Part shown: in pieces, positions 27,157-40,612 of the stretch
How positions within the stretch are numbered: position 1 is the stretch's first letter
Layout: every line of letters begins with the position of its first letter
Assembly: GCF_001194135.2 (NCBI RefSeq)
Contig: NC_068989.1
Location: 77,581,163 to 77,645,162, forward strand
Reading direction: 5' to 3'
Origin: Octopus bimaculoides
Taxonomy: Eukaryota
DNA: 64,000 nucleotides
Made by a program: the position numbers and the translations under genes
Notes under the pieces: generated by a model
What the model was told of the DNA's origin: nothing
What the model saw: only the letters and a program-made list of their open reading frames with translations
Database searches by the model: none

Positions 27157-27230
27157 TCATATAGAAAGGGACCTGCTACGGTCTTGCACACAGACAGGCT
27201 CTTGTTTCTGAGGAAACCCCCTCAAAATAG

Positions 27231-27395
27231 GCTTTGGCTATGTTGCAAAGAAGCTCGCCTTGAAACAACCATGTGGTTGTGGATTCAGCTTCTCTGCGCA
27301 GTACTTTGGGCGAGTATATTCTCATATCGCCCCAGGTCAACTAATTCCTTGTGGATGAATTTGTTAAAAAGAAACTGTGTGGATGCTCATAGTAC
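27231..27395 (+). mobile_element. SINE family A 5' half, highly diverged
   Basis: aaccatgtggttgtggattcag...tttgggcgagt...ccttgtggatgaatttg. Confidence 0.55.
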
Positions 27396-27615
27396 ATACA
27401 TACATACATACATGCAGAGTAAGAACCTGGCGGTGCTCCGGATAGTCAGCAGACTTGAAGTGCCATAGTGTCTGGAAGGTGACAGCTTGAAGTATTTGGC
27501 ATTGTGCTAATATGTAGTGTGTTGTGAAGACACACACACACTCAAATTCACATTTACACATATTTTATATATATATGTGTATGTTTTTAAGCATGTATGC
27601 ATGAATATATCTATC

Positions 27616-27661
<46 letters not shown>

Positions 27662-27676
27662 NNNNNNNNNNNNNNN

Positions 27677-27710
<34 letters not shown>

Positions 27711-27814
27711 GCTTTGCAAAACTTATAAGGAATAAACAAAGCTTTAATGCTAGTATTATTGAGAACGAGTGGACTTGTGGTGAGGATGCATGGCTCATAA
27801 TCCTTTCTACTACT

Positions 27815-27978
27815 GGCAGAAGGCATGAAATCTCTGAAATCTCTGTTACGTGCTCAAATGCTGCATACTTTATCCACTCCGACCAGATGAAAAGCGAAGT
27901 CGATCACGGCAGAATTTGAACCCGAATGCCGCCCAGCATTTTGCTCGGCATGCTTACTATTCTGTCAACTCGCCACCT
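27815..27978 (-). mobile_element. Nin/Deu-like SINE, diverged
   Basis: agatgaaaagcgaagtcgatcacggcagaatttgaacc...attctgtcaactcgccacc. Confidence 0.65.
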
Positions 27979-28409
27979 TTGTACGGTTCATGACCAGTAG
28001 GATGCAGGTCCGATTCTTTGACCAAGTAATGTCTTTGAGCAAGACACTTCAACTACACTGTTCAAGTGTAGTTAGCTGCAGTTGGCACCAGTCGGATGCT
28101 AAAGCAGCCCTCTCTCCATCTAGCACATTTTAGATATTTTGCTGAAGGAACTGAGATAGGGTTTATGTCTGGCAACTAAAATAATTAGCGCTTGTAAGTG
28201 ATGGGTGGCAGTACCTTCGTTTCAATGCTTGTTTCTTACAATAAACATGAGTCGCTATACGTACGAATTGATGATGTAATTGTCACACCTTTATTACAAC
28301 CGATTAGCATTCAATGGTTTACTTCTGTTCTATGTCAAATATTTTAAATCACGATGGTAAAAAAAAAGTAAACTATATTAGAGGTAGCAGATTTACCAAA
28401 TCCACGTAC

Positions 28410-29018
28410 AAAGGAGTCCTTTTTGCAACATAGTCACACATTTATCCGAGTCTATATTTCCGTCACACTCTACCAGCTCTGATCAACCATTGCCCCAAAA
28501 TGCTCCCAAGACCATCACAGAATAACTGCCGTGTTTCATAGTTGGCTGCAATCTTTTCACATCAAATTCTTGATCACACAGTCTCCAGATCCACACTCAA
28601 CCACTGTCAGGAAATACAGCAAATCAGAACTCATCAGAGAATATGACTGTGTCCCAAAATCCCAGTGGCCCCTCCACCATCCCATTGACTCTTCTCCGCT
28701 TGATGTTGGCTGGTCGAAGAAATGGCTTCCTTCTTGCTGCTCTGCCATAGTAACCAAGTTTGTGACGTCAACTTGTTCTGCTATGTCGGAGGCCTTGCAA
28801 CGAAGATTATCCTCCACACTTCTCTTAACAAAGAGAAGAGTCCTATCAGAGGGCCATAGTTGATTTGGGCGAGGTGATGTGGAGTCCTTCTCCTCTCTGG
28901 TGAATTGCACAATCCCTTTATTAACTGTAGAAAGCGGGATCCGGTTTTCTGCGAATTTGCGCTATGTTCACCTTCAGAATAACCCACAATACGGCTTCTT
29001 TGAAATTTCAGACAGTTC
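28410..29018 (-). pseudogene. Tc1-like (IS630-Tc1-mariner) transposase relic, N-terminal two-thirds
   Basis: Frameshifted translation ELSE..RSRIVG / LSTVNKGIVQFTRE / LGYYGRAARRKPFLRPANIKRR / FWDTVIFSDE / VKRLQPTMKHG.YSVMV.GA. Confidence 0.85.
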
Positions 29019-29209
29019 CAAAGCTTCTTTTGTACATGGCATGATTAAACAGTTACATATAGAATCTGAAACAAAAATGTCAATTAATAAAGAATATAAC
29101 TTTTACAAGTTGACTAAACATAAAACGATGTTTTATGGGGTGGCTATTTATTCTGTTATGTCCATGTGTGTATGTGCGTGTGCGTGCGTGCGTGCGTGCG
29201 TGTGTGCGT

Positions 29210-29241
<32 letters not shown>

Positions 29242-29249
29242 TACAGGGT

Positions 29250-30800
29250 TTTCCCTCCACCGTCAACAGCAGTCTCAGTTTCGTTATATTCAGTCTCAAT
29301 TACGTTGTCTATCTCGATTTCGTCACCATCATCTTAAATACCACTGTAAGATGGAGCGAGTTGTGTTTCTCTTGTTCTTGTTTTTTTTTTTTGTTATGAA
29401 CAGACATTGCTATCAGTGATCATTTGTTGCAAAATTTTAAAAGTATATAAACATTAAAACGCTTTGTAAATGACTGTAAAATCTGAATAATAGACATTGA
29501 CTCATCTTATATTAATCTAGATATACGTACATTTAGAACAGTTCTTAGATGTTCGTAGAACTAATTACTATATATGAAGTATCTGACTTCAGATATTTGA
29601 TCACTGTAACAAAATACAATAAAATGTTCCCTTGATGACACATTGCGTTTGGGCATCAAAATGCCCTTAGAACATCCAATACCAAGTTTCAAATAACCGC
29701 ATTGTGGGAACGTACGTTGGAACTATATATTTATACTAGCGTTTCTCTTAATTTTCCAGTATATATACTAAGTATATTATAACTGATAACAGTGTTAAGT
29801 ACAGTGGTCGACTAAACATAATCCTGGAAGCTAACTGGATAACGATAGTCTGTGTACAGTTCTAACTCATACAGTAATAGTCGTGTATCTTCCTGTACGC
29901 ACAAGGTATATACGACATGACGAAGACAAAAATAGACGACGTCACTTTAATCGTACATTCATTATTTCATAGTTTTAGATTTCTTAACATATTCTTAAAT
30001 CACTCAGCACAATGAACGATTGTCTTCGGCAATCAGTCTGTCCAATATGGATGAATATGCGCATTTACCGACGTAAATACACGCACACACACACTTACAC
30101 ACATACACAGGACATTATTTTTCGCTCTCCGTCTCTCCTGTCATCCCTTTCTCTCGAAGAGAAGCGGCTCGAAACGTCAAAGGCTTTTCTATTTTTCCCG
30201 AACACTTTCTTGTTGCAATGCACTTGCTTGTTGTTCCCTCACCTGTGTCTGTCTTTTGTTTTCTGTGCATTTGAATTATATATATNNNNNNNNNNNNNNN
30301 NNNNNNNNNNNNNNNNNNNNNNNNNNNNNNNNNNNNNNNNNNNNNNNNNNNNNNNNNNNNNNNNNNNNNNNNNNNNNNNNNNNNNNNNNNNNNNNNNNNN
30401 NNNNNNNNNNNNNNNNNNNNNNNNNNNNNNNNNNNNNNNNNNNNNNNNNNNNNNNNNNNNNNNNNNNNNNNNNNNNNNNNNNNNNNNNNNNNNNNNNNNN
30501 NNNNNNNNNNNNNNNNNNNNNNNNNNNNNNNNNNNNNNNNNNNNNNNNNNNNNNNNNNNNNNNNNATATATACATACAAACTTGTAATCCGTTATAAAAC
30601 ATTTTAATGTTTACAGTCTTTTACAAATTGTCTGACAACTAATCACAAATAAATATGTCTGTTCACAACAAAAAAAAAAAAAGAAAAAAAAAAAAAAATC
30701 CTCTGTCCTAAAGAATCGACGTTTAAGTTGATATCGCGATAGACAACATGATCGAAACTGAAGATAACGAGATTGAGGCTGACGACGGCGAATTTGAGAT
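29250..30800. repeat. Inverted repeat pair with ~220-bp arms (29250-29470 and 30590-30800)
   Basis: Reverse complement of the left arm matches ttttaatgttta..., atgtctgttca.aacaaaaaaaaaaa and atcg.gatagacaac.t.at.ga.actgaa.ataacga in the right arm. Confidence 0.7.
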
Positions 30801-31144
30801 TGACGTTGAGTAGATTCTAGTTGATTAAGATGAACTTGAGGAGGAAACGCACTGTGTATATATGTGTGTGTGTGTGTGTCTGTGTGTACGTTTGTGTGCT
30901 TCTGCTTTATATATAATAAGTTTCGGAAACAGAAGCACGGCAAAGAAACGAAAGGGGAAATTGACACACGACGAGGACGGGATCTTTCTTCGTCAATTAT
31001 TGCCAAAGAATAAAAGCCATTACAATTTCACGCCTTTAACGATATGTACATATAACCGTGTGCGTGTGTGAGTATGTGTGTTTGTGCACACACACACACG
31101 CAGAGATAAAAAGATAACATTTCTTTCTCTCTTTCTCCCCATAG

Positions 31145-31162
31145 TTAGATAGATAAATAGAT

Positions 31163-31194
<32 letters not shown>

Positions 31195-31263
31195 TAGATA
31201 GACAAATAGATAGGTAGACAAATAGATAGCTAGCTAGATAGCTAGATAGACAAATAGATAGGC

Positions 31264-31310
<47 letters not shown>

Positions 31311-31350
31311 CAAATAGAAAGAAAGAAAGAAAGAAAGAAAGAGACAGACA
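31145..31350. repeat. Compound (GATA)/(GACA)/(GAAA)n microsatellite
   Basis: Tetranucleotide runs. Confidence 0.9.
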
Positions 31351-32415
31351 GACAGTAAGAGGGAAAGCGAGAGAGAGGAAACATCTCAAATTTAGGCTGG
31401 AAAGTATTCTTGAGCAAATTTATGCCGAAATGTCGAATGGCCCTTTTGTCGATGTGAGCTAAGGTATGTCTGTGCGTGTGTGCGCATTATGCCGCATCAG
31501 CCCCCTTCATGACATGAAAGCAGTACTTCATTGTCCTTGTTGAGTGCCAATAATTGCTGATTACTATTGGTATTCGATGAAAAATACATAGATGATAATT
31601 TTTACTTAGAATGAAATGGAATTTGTGTTGGAGTCGGGGTGTGTTCGTGTATGTGTACTATTGTGCATGTGTGTGTGCTGTTTGTCAATATTTTGTAGCC
31701 ACTTAATAAAATAACAATTTTAAACGTCACCAGTTGTCTAAGCATATAAAATTAAATAGAAATCGAAGGGACACTGCGTTAAAACAAATATTTAATAAAA
31801 GAGAATTTTTATGTAAACGAAAAACTGTTTTCAAAAAAACACTATTGAAAAATACTTCCACATGAAAATACTTCAGAAAGCATATGAAGTGTGTGAGCCT
31901 TTCAATTCAATTTTCATTTAATTAATTTATTTCCAAAGAAAGTAACACCCTCACAAACACACACTTTAAATGTTTCTTAAAGTGCGTATTGCATATATTT
32001 GAAGCTGCACGAATTTTAAACATCAGAAAGAAAAATATATTAGCTTCTATGTGAATAACACTTCGTCTCAGAGAACAGATTGTAAGATTATAAAAGAGGA
32101 GGTTAATAAATTTACGAATTTGTGTGTATGCAATTTATATTGCTTTTGCTAAACAAGCAAATCATTGGTTAATGGCTTGCAATGGATTTAATAAGGGAAG
32201 TATTACATTCTTAGTAGTGAGAATGAGAGGTCATTGCGCAATTGAGAAGAAGGAATAATAACTCACCGGATATTTTTATTCGATCGCACCAGACTTTTCG
32301 GATTTATCGGCAATGTTTACGCCCGAAAATTACGTACATGTAACCTTCTCAAGTGATTTTTATCATCATCATCATCGCTACCATCGCCGTTGCTGTCATC
32401 GTCGTCGTCGTCATT

Positions 32416-33176
32416 GCATGGCTGTGAGGTTAAGAAGCTTACTTCATGACAATGTGGTTTGGGGTTCAGTTCAACTGCGCGGCACTTCGGGCAAGTATCG
32501 TTTACCGTAAAATCGGGACGACAAAAGCATTATGACTGTATTTGGTGGACGGAAACTAGAAGAAGCCCACCGAGTTTATACATACATACATACATACATA
32601 CATGTATGTATGTATATATGTGTGTGTGTGTGTTTGTGCATGATCCCCGCCCCCAACGCTTGACAACCAGAGTTGATTAGGTTACATTCCTGTAGCTTAA
32701 CGGTTCCGGCAAAATAGACCGATAGAATAAGTACAAAGAAAGTAAGTACAGTAATCGCTCAACTATCGCGGATGTTACGTTCCAAAACCCCCGCGATGAG
32801 TGAAAATCCGCGAAGTAATAACAGTAGTGAACTATATTTTTCTTTAATATTTTAATAATTTGTATATACTTATTTTATTCCGATTTTGTATTTGTATAAA
32901 TATTTAGATCATTTTTGTCATTGTATAAATAAGTAAATGAGTGGAAATCGGTGAGTGTGTTAAATTAATAAGGCACTAAAAGTGAATGACTCTCCCCAAA
33001 CACAATACAATTAATTTTATTATAAATGCAAAACAACACCAAGGAGGAATCGACGTAAGCTGAAATAATAAACCGCGATATGGCGAATAATTACTGTAAT
33101 GGTCTCGATTTGCTTCACTAAATCCATCAAAGTGGTGCTCCTGCATGGCCATGTTTCAATGGATGAAACAAGTAAA
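32416..33176 (+). mobile_element. SINE family A copy interrupted by a pogo/Tigger-like MITE
   Basis: 3' half breaks at a TA in the aagaataagTA region and resumes at 33099. Confidence 0.7.
32749..33096. mobile_element. pogo/Tigger-like MITE
   Basis: TIRs cagtaatcgctcaactatcgcgg / ccgcgatatggcgaataattactg with TA on each side. Confidence 0.75.
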
Positions 33177-33656
33177 CGATATTTGTGTAAATGAAAACAG
33201 ACACATAATGTTCGTTTTCGTGCGATGTTATAGAAATTAAACATACCAAACGACTCAACATTAGGCAGAAGGATAATTCAATACATCTTCGAGGAGTACA
33301 TGTATATGAAATTTTACAAGAGGAGTGATTGCGACTTCGAGGTTTCGGCTCGCTAGTCTTCTTCAAGCTTTCAGAAAAAAAAACTTCAGTAATCGTCACC
33401 TTCTGGTTCTAAAAGTGTAATGCATATATGTATACTTGTAATTGAGAGTGTATGCTTGGATGTATAAATAGGCAAGCGAACACACACACACACATTTATC
33501 TATGTGTTATCTGTTGTATAAAAAGGCGTCTATTTTTCGGTAGAGAGGTCTGTACCGGGAAGTTTTATATCGTTGTTATGTTAAATTGTCCTTAACTGAA
33601 TTTGGCCAAATTCAGTTTTTTTTTGTTTTTTTTTTTAATATTTATTCTTGCTATGT

Positions 33657-34202
33657 CGGCGAGCTGACAGAAATGTTAGCACGCCGGGCGAAATGCTTAG
33701 CGCTATTTCATCTGCCGCTACGTTCTGAGTTCAAATTCCGCCGAGGTCGGCTTTGCCTTTCATCCTTTCGTGGTCGATTAAATAAGTACCAGTTATGCAC
33801 TGGGGTCGATGTAATCGACTTAATCCCTTTGTCTGTTCTTGTTTGTCCCCTCTATGTTTAGCCCCTTGCAGGCATGGTCGACTTTGCCTTTCATCTTTCG
33901 GGGTCGATAAATTAAGTAGCAGTTACGCTCTGGGATCGATGTAATCGACTTAATCCCTCTGTCTGTCCTTGTTTGTCTTCTCTATTTTTAGCCCCTTGTG
34001 GGCAATAAAGAAATAAGAAACATTAGCGAAATGCTTAGCTGTATTTCGCCTGTCTTTACGTTCCGAGTTCAAAGTCCGCCGAGGTCGACTTTAGTTTTCG
34101 TTCTTTTGAGGTCTATAAATTAAGTACCAGTTGCGTACTGGTTCGATCTAATCGACTGTCCCTCTCCCCGAACATTTTGTGCCTTGTGCCTAGAGTAGAA
34201 AA
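33657..34202 (+). mobile_element. Trimeric Nin/Deu-like SINE composite, second locus
   Basis: Same unit and tail order as 7425-8006, opposite orientation. Confidence 0.85.
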
Positions 34203-34697
34203 AATATTTATTCTAGCTGGTAATAGCTGTTTCTTTTGGCCAAACTATAGTGTCTCTAGCTGCTTCAGATGCCAAAATAGCAAAAATTATCAAAGTGTAG
34301 TCCAACGGTTTTGCTATGGAATAGTGAAACAATTTTGTCGTTTTCTGAAAAAGCAACTTTTTGGTCTTACGACACTTCTGCATAATAGCAACGCTATATA
34401 TTGTATATTCCTGTATGGTTAATGGCTTTTACTGCTGGTCATAGAGATTTTGTCATTTACACAACGGTTGTTGAGGCATAGAGTTCACGCACGCGCGCTT
34501 GTCTGTGTGTCTCAAGGAATGGTATTGAACATTTTGGGGATCATTATTTGTGCTTGAGATCATGCCGTCCCACATTCCTGAGCCTGCGACATATAATGGC
34601 ACCGGATATCCTGCCCTGGCTTATCTTTAGATCGTGTCAATAGGGTAAAGAGTATCTGTGAATTAATGTGTAAGCTTTAATGGACCTAAAATTTTAG

Positions 34698-34933
34698 GTT
34701 GTTCAATCGCTGGTGAGGCAAGTATCCGATATCCGGTCGAATACGTGGACACCTCGGAGGGTATGGAAACGGTGGACGCAAGCCTGGGTGAATCCGACTG
34801 CTTATACAATGACCTCATGCACAGGCATTGCAGGCATTTTGCACGGAAAGTAGTCAGTGACAGTCTTCCTAAGTCAGTAGAGGGCAACCATCATATATAT
34901 GACGTAGTTCATCCGAAATTAAGAAGCGCCTAA
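34698..34933 (+). other. Unassigned coding-like segment (possible terminal exon or decayed coding relic)
   Basis: Non-repetitive open frame GCSIAGEASIRYPVEYVDTSEG...HHIYDVVHPKLRSA* after a weak attttag acceptor; no family recognised. Confidence 0.25.
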
Positions 34934-35434
34934 ATTTTATCCTATCAAAATAGATTACCAATGAAAACAATTGTACAATGTCAATATATATGATGATACG
35001 ACCAGTAAAACCACCATAAGCTATGGATCCTTTTCAAAGTTTAACTTTACAAGAAGGAAGGACTACTCAGGATAGCGAGAACCCTAGATAGAAAAAAAAA
35101 AAACAAGCATGTCAAACACATATTCCCATCATCAGCTGCCTAACAGATATCAATTTCATTTCTACACCTGGCCTGTAGCATTCAATCCGTGAGCGTCAAC
35201 AGCGTTGAAATCATAAACGCTGTCTGGGAATCAAGAGAGAAGTTGCAGGTGCGAAACGTTAGCGTAATATGTCCTCTACATCTCCACCTAATTATTATTA
35301 CAAATACCACTTAAGGCTGTGAGCTTGAAGTATCGTTAGCACGACCTAAAAGAGCTAGAGGAAAAGATCACGAGAGCGGCAGATATGTATTTCAACGTAG
35401 GTGCAGCCTATCAGTGTTGCGTAGTCGTATTACT

Positions 35435-35835
35435 TCCGAAAGAAAATCGTATCCGATTGTCTGATGAATATACTGTTAGTAGGTAAACTATCAACTGGTT
35501 TGCAATCTCGAAGTGATTTCTTTCACTTAGCTCTGAAGTATGCTGTGTGTGTGTGTTTTTTTTTTTTTGTTCACACAATATGTCTTTAAAGGGTCTTTCT
35601 TCCGGAGAAAATCCCCTTAATAACGTATAAAGAAATCGCTTGAAAAGTAATCATAAGAGCGACAAATACGTATTTATTATTAATTGCAGTCTACCAATCT
35701 CAAGACTGGTGCCTCTTCCGAAACTAAACCGAATCCGTTCGTCTAAAGAATATATAATGGTGGGGTGATTTCTTTCGCTTAGCTCTGAAGTATTTGGGGG
35801 TGTTTTTAACACAATATGACTTGATAGGGGTTGTA
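35435..35835 (+). repeat. Local direct duplication (35435-35595 and 35717-35835)
   Basis: ttccgaaa...atccg.t.gtct and gtgatttctttc.cttagctctgaagtat...acacaatatg repeated. Confidence 0.65.
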
Positions 35836-36436
35836 CCCTAAAACATCCGGAGCTTATGACGTTTAAGCAACACACATATTTGGAGTATGTTGTACTGATA
35901 ATATATTTATATTTTATTTGATCGTAGGCCGAGGTTTCTCTTGGTAATGGTGCCCAGCAGCTCGAAAGAATTCAGTTCATAAAACTTTTGTATTTATACA
36001 CATAATATAGTTACCACAAACGTGAGGCAAAGGGAGTTGCTAAGCCGTTATATTAAATATACTTTAGTTGTGAGAATAATTCATACAGAGTGCTCCACCA
36101 TCACCGATTGTGAAATCTGAAAATCTCTAATTCAATAGAAGCTATTATAAATATTTGATCCTTTTTATTTTTCGAAAATTCATCTAGATGTGTTTTCGAG
36201 TAAGCTTTTAGGGGAATGTTAGATAACAACGAAATCAATAATATCAAATTTTCACACATGTATACACATTAAGTGTAACAAATGGGAGACAAAAATATAT
36301 TTATATACGTACATTAAAATAAGCGTATATTCTTAATCGGACATGGTCCACTATCGCTTGCACCATTACTTTTCATTTGATTCTATTATTTATATATATA
36401 CAAATGTGTGTATGTATATATATATACAAACGTGTG

Positions 36437-36477
<41 letters not shown>

Positions 36478-36788
36478 NNNNNNNNNNNNNNNNNNNNNNN
36501 NNNNNNNNNNNNNNNNNNNNNNNNNNNNNNNNNNNNNNNNNNNNNNNNNNNNNNNNNNNNNNNNNNNNNNNNNNNNNNNNNNNNNNNNNNNNNNNNNNNN
36601 NNNNNNNNNNNNNNNNNNNNNNNNNNNNNNNNNNNNNNNNNNNNNNNNNNNNNNNNNNNNNNNNNNNNNNNNNNNNNNNNNNNNNNNNNNNNNNNNNNNN
36701 NNNNNNNNNNNNNNNNNNNNNNNNNNNNNNNNNNNNNNNNNNNNNNNNNNNNNNNNNNNNNNNNNNNNNNNNNNNNNNNNNNNNNNNN

Positions 36789-36820
<32 letters not shown>

Positions 36821-37577
36821 GCACACTCTAACATACTTACGTACAGACCGAGGACGAAAAAGAGACAGAGGAGGTAAAGAGAAGGCCTAATAGATACACT
36901 ATTGTGATTAGTGAAATATGCTTGAGGTAAACGTATTTCGTAAGAAGACGTTGTTTATTCAGCCATGTTTTGTTTTTGAAAAGAAAACCACGGCTGGATT
37001 AGCAAAGACGCGGTCTGATGCAATGCTTTAATAACAAGAGAACTTCTACCAACCACAATTCGTGATCATTTATTCGTATTATTGTATACCTATAACTTTA
37101 TCACGCAATATACTTGTATCGTGTCCAGTATATGTTTAGTATTATTAATCGAATGTCGTGGTTTATATTTAAATAAACACACAAACACATGTACATATAT
37201 AGCTAGGTATACATATAGGTGAGTGCGAGTGTATATACCTAAAGATACGTACACACAAACCTATATATGCACGCGCGCGGCGTTGAACATGTTTATATAG
37301 ATGTATGCGTGTATACACATATATTTGTGTGTGTGTTTGTGCATATATATTTACATCTATCTATCTATCTCTCCCTCTCTCTATATATATGTATATATAT
37401 AATATGTATATACATACGTAATTATGCGTATATATATTTATGCATATATATATACATATTTATATATATATATATATNNNNNNNNNNNNNNNNNNNNNNN
37501 NNNNNNNNNNNNNNNNNNNNNNNNNNNNNNNNNNNNNNNNNNNNNNNNNNNNNNNNNNNNNNNNNNNNNNNNNNNNN

Positions 37578-37650
37578 CAGAACGTAGAGGCAGACGAAAT
37601 ACCGCTAAGCATTTCGCCCGGCGTGCTGACGTTCCTGCCAGCTCGCCGCC
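37578..37650 (-). mobile_element. Nin/Deu-like SINE head fragment
   Basis: gacgaaataccgctaagcatttcgcccggcgtgct...gccagctcgccgcct. Confidence 0.75.
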
Positions 37651-38170
37651 TAAAAACTGTCATGTTTCTCTCGTGTCCGTATATGTGTGCGTGTGCGCGT
37701 GTGTGTGTGTGCGTGCGCACGCGCAGTTTTTTTTTTTCTTTTTTGTAAGGAAGAATAGTAAAGCAAATGACCCCTCACTGCTTCTCCGAGATAGTGGGGC
37801 CTGGAGTGGATACTAGCAGCAGAGTGGACTCCGCTAAAGAGACTCGAGGTACTAAGAGTTATTAGACTGGCTGATAAATTAATCTTATCATTCAATAAAT
37901 GGTATCATTATTGAAATACGGTGGTGTAGTGTGTATCTAGTTGTTACCACTAAAAATACACATAGAACATCTTTCTAAGTAGGTGTATGTAGTCAAAGGA
38001 AAAAAGATAACTAATGGATTCCGAATACCGCGTTCTAGGTTCAAAGGCGAACACTGAGTGAATCGGTGAATTGGAGAACTGCGGTGAGAAGTGATACTGG
38101 AAATTGCATATGATGCCACCAAATACTTCTGCGAATGAGCGAAATGTGCTCTGACTAAGACAATTAGCTA

Positions 38171-38563
38171 GGTGTGGAGGCGCAATGGTCCAGTGGTTAG
38201 GGGAGTGGACTCGCGGTCATAGGATCGCGGTTTCGATTCCCAGACCGGGCGTTGTGAGTGTTTATTGAGCGAAAACACCTAAAGCTCCACAAGGCTCCAG
38301 CAGGGGATGGTGGCGAACCCTGCTGTATTCTTTCACCACAACTTTCTCTCACTCTTTCTTCCTGTTTCTGTTGTGCCTGTAATTCAAAGGGTCAGCCTTG
38401 TCACACTGTGTCACGCTGAATATCCCCGAGAACTACGTTAAGGCTACATGTGTCTGTGGAGTGCTCAGCCACTTGCACGTTAATTTCACGAGCAGGCTGT
38501 TCCGTTGAATCAACTGGAACCCTCGACGTCGTAAGCGACGGAGTGCCAGCAAGCAAGTAAGAG
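38171..38563 (+). mobile_element. SINE family C (tRNA-derived) with 9-bp TSD
   Basis: A box tggtccagtggttagg, B box gtttcgattccc; aattagcta at 38162-38170 and 38564-38572. Confidence 0.85.
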
Positions 38564-39242
38564 AATTAGCTAAGCTCCGAGCTGTCTTCTCAATATAATG
38601 TTGGTGGCATAGTTAGCATTTGATTAAATACGCGAGATACCTGGTGTAATAGGTGAATTGCAGTAAACCGATTCGTTCTATAGAAGGAATTGTTTGTTAA
38701 TGTGTGGTGGTGCTAAGGATGAATGGGCAGGCATAGAAGGAGTGTCGGGAGCATTTAAGGGTACCCGGTTGTATGTGGTGCGCGAGTTCTTCGGATCTGT
38801 AGTTCACGTTATTTCTGAATGCATATAAATGTGGAGAATGAATTGATCGGGGAAGATTGGACGAGCCGGAGCTGTCATAGAACAAAACGCTCAAGAGGTA
38901 ACTTGTTACGATACATGTGAAGGGAAATGAGTTTGTGGGGTAAGGCTAGAGGTAAGTTCAACTTCGCGGGCACGGATGTAGGTGTCTCTGCCAAAAGAAT
39001 GGGGAGGTGACGTACCGTAAGTATGTGTCTGAGGATCTAAGTTAGGGTCGTAGCGGGAGAATATGGAGAAGTGGGTAGTGTAAGGTGAATAGTGGCAGAA
39101 TGGGAATCGTTTAGTTTGTAAATAATAAAGATGGCAATGACGTTGTTAGATTGTAATGCGTAACAATTTTTTTTTCTTTAGTTTGTAAGTATTTTTTTTA
39201 TTATTTGCTTCTATCTAGAAATCAAAGGAAATGTATACTATT

Positions 39243-39546
39243 CCCTTCAAACTTCGCCTTTGTGACCTGGACATATATAATTTGAAACTGGCCTATTTTC
39301 CATTACATTTCAGACAGATTCAGCGCTGAGTTGCTGAAACAGAAATATCGTTATAGCAAGTGTTCTGCTCAATACCACAAACTTGCTTGCCAGTTGCTTG
39401 ACCTTAACCACTTGAGTATGTCCCTTGGTGACTGATAATATGTGCATCTCTGATCATAAGCAGGAGTATTAGGGAGCATCATAGCCATGTGTTGAGAGGG
39501 ATTTTGAGGAGTTTGAATAAATGTAATAAAGGCAAAGTTTGAAGGA
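39243..39546. mobile_element. MITE with ~21-bp TIRs inserted in Penelope relic 1
   Basis: cccttcaaacttcgcctttgt / ataaaggcaaagtttgaagga. Confidence 0.65.
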
Positions 39547-40488
39547 AATATTAGCTATCCCTCATACTTTCTAAGTGTAAGCAAACAGGAAATAACAGTT
39601 GCTAGGCAAGGACAAAAATTGTGTTAAACAGTATTGCCGATGAGAATTGAAGTGTCTAGAAATTTGGCAGGAACGGTTAAGATGGCAAAATTGAATTCAA
39701 AAGCGAGATGAAATGAATCAACAATTGTGGTGTAGGAATATGAAAGAAGCGGCTCTGATATCTTCGTCGATGTAACAACTGCAAAGTTCTGGGTAGGTCC
39801 GATTAACAAGGGTGAACATTAGCCTCAACGGGACAAGTGAACAGATTTGTGCCGTTTAAACCGATCCTTTTTCCCGTAGGCACTCCCCAATGAAGATTTA
39901 GGTTATATTGCCATAAACACTGCTACACTGTGTCATACTTTTTGTTGGCCATTCATCTCTTCTCAATAAAACTATCTCTTTCAGACACCAAAACACACCC
40001 ATAACATAGCAAAGGAAACAGAATTTATCAGCTTCAAAAAATAAGTAAATTAATTAATTAACTTGAATTGTTTCTTATATCTCTTCCATTATTTTGTATG
40101 TCATCAACTTTAAAGGAAACACTTACACTCGCACGGTATTTTGTAAATCAGCATTTATGTATGTGTATCGGTGCACGCTACATCATCACCACTCCCACCA
40201 CCACCACCGTCATCATCATCATCATCGTCGTCGTCACAGCCACTGTCATGATCACTAAAACTTCCTTATCAACATTATCCTCACCGCCACTACAACTACC
40301 ACTTTTCCAAATTTCCTGTAGAAGAGGTCCCCACTCCGAAATATAGAAATAGAATGTAAAACTGCAAGTTTGTTCTGTTTTCTTTTCAATTTGTAGGTCA
40401 CTTTGTACCTTCAGCATTGTTCCAACTTTACACAACTACATTCTTCAAATTATACCTCACAATGCTTCACAAAAACTACCTTATTATA

Positions 40489-40612
<124 letters not shown>

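Larger units (their letters stand above)
37930..39960 (-). pseudogene. Penelope-like element relic 1 (RT plus GIY-YIG), interrupted by a SINE and a MITE
   Basis: Frameshifted motifs GVPTGKRIG..NLF, PELCSCYIDE (39763-39774), KFLDTSILIGN, AFRNN..PGTLKCSR...CPFI, YIEKTARSL, EHISLIR. Confidence 0.7.

Noticed and set aside
29247-29345. 99-bp exon-like segment (acag|GG...ACT|gtaaga)
   Set aside because: The acceptor derives from a (TG)n tract and the segment is one arm of the 29.2/30.7-kb inverted repeat; no recognisable peptide.
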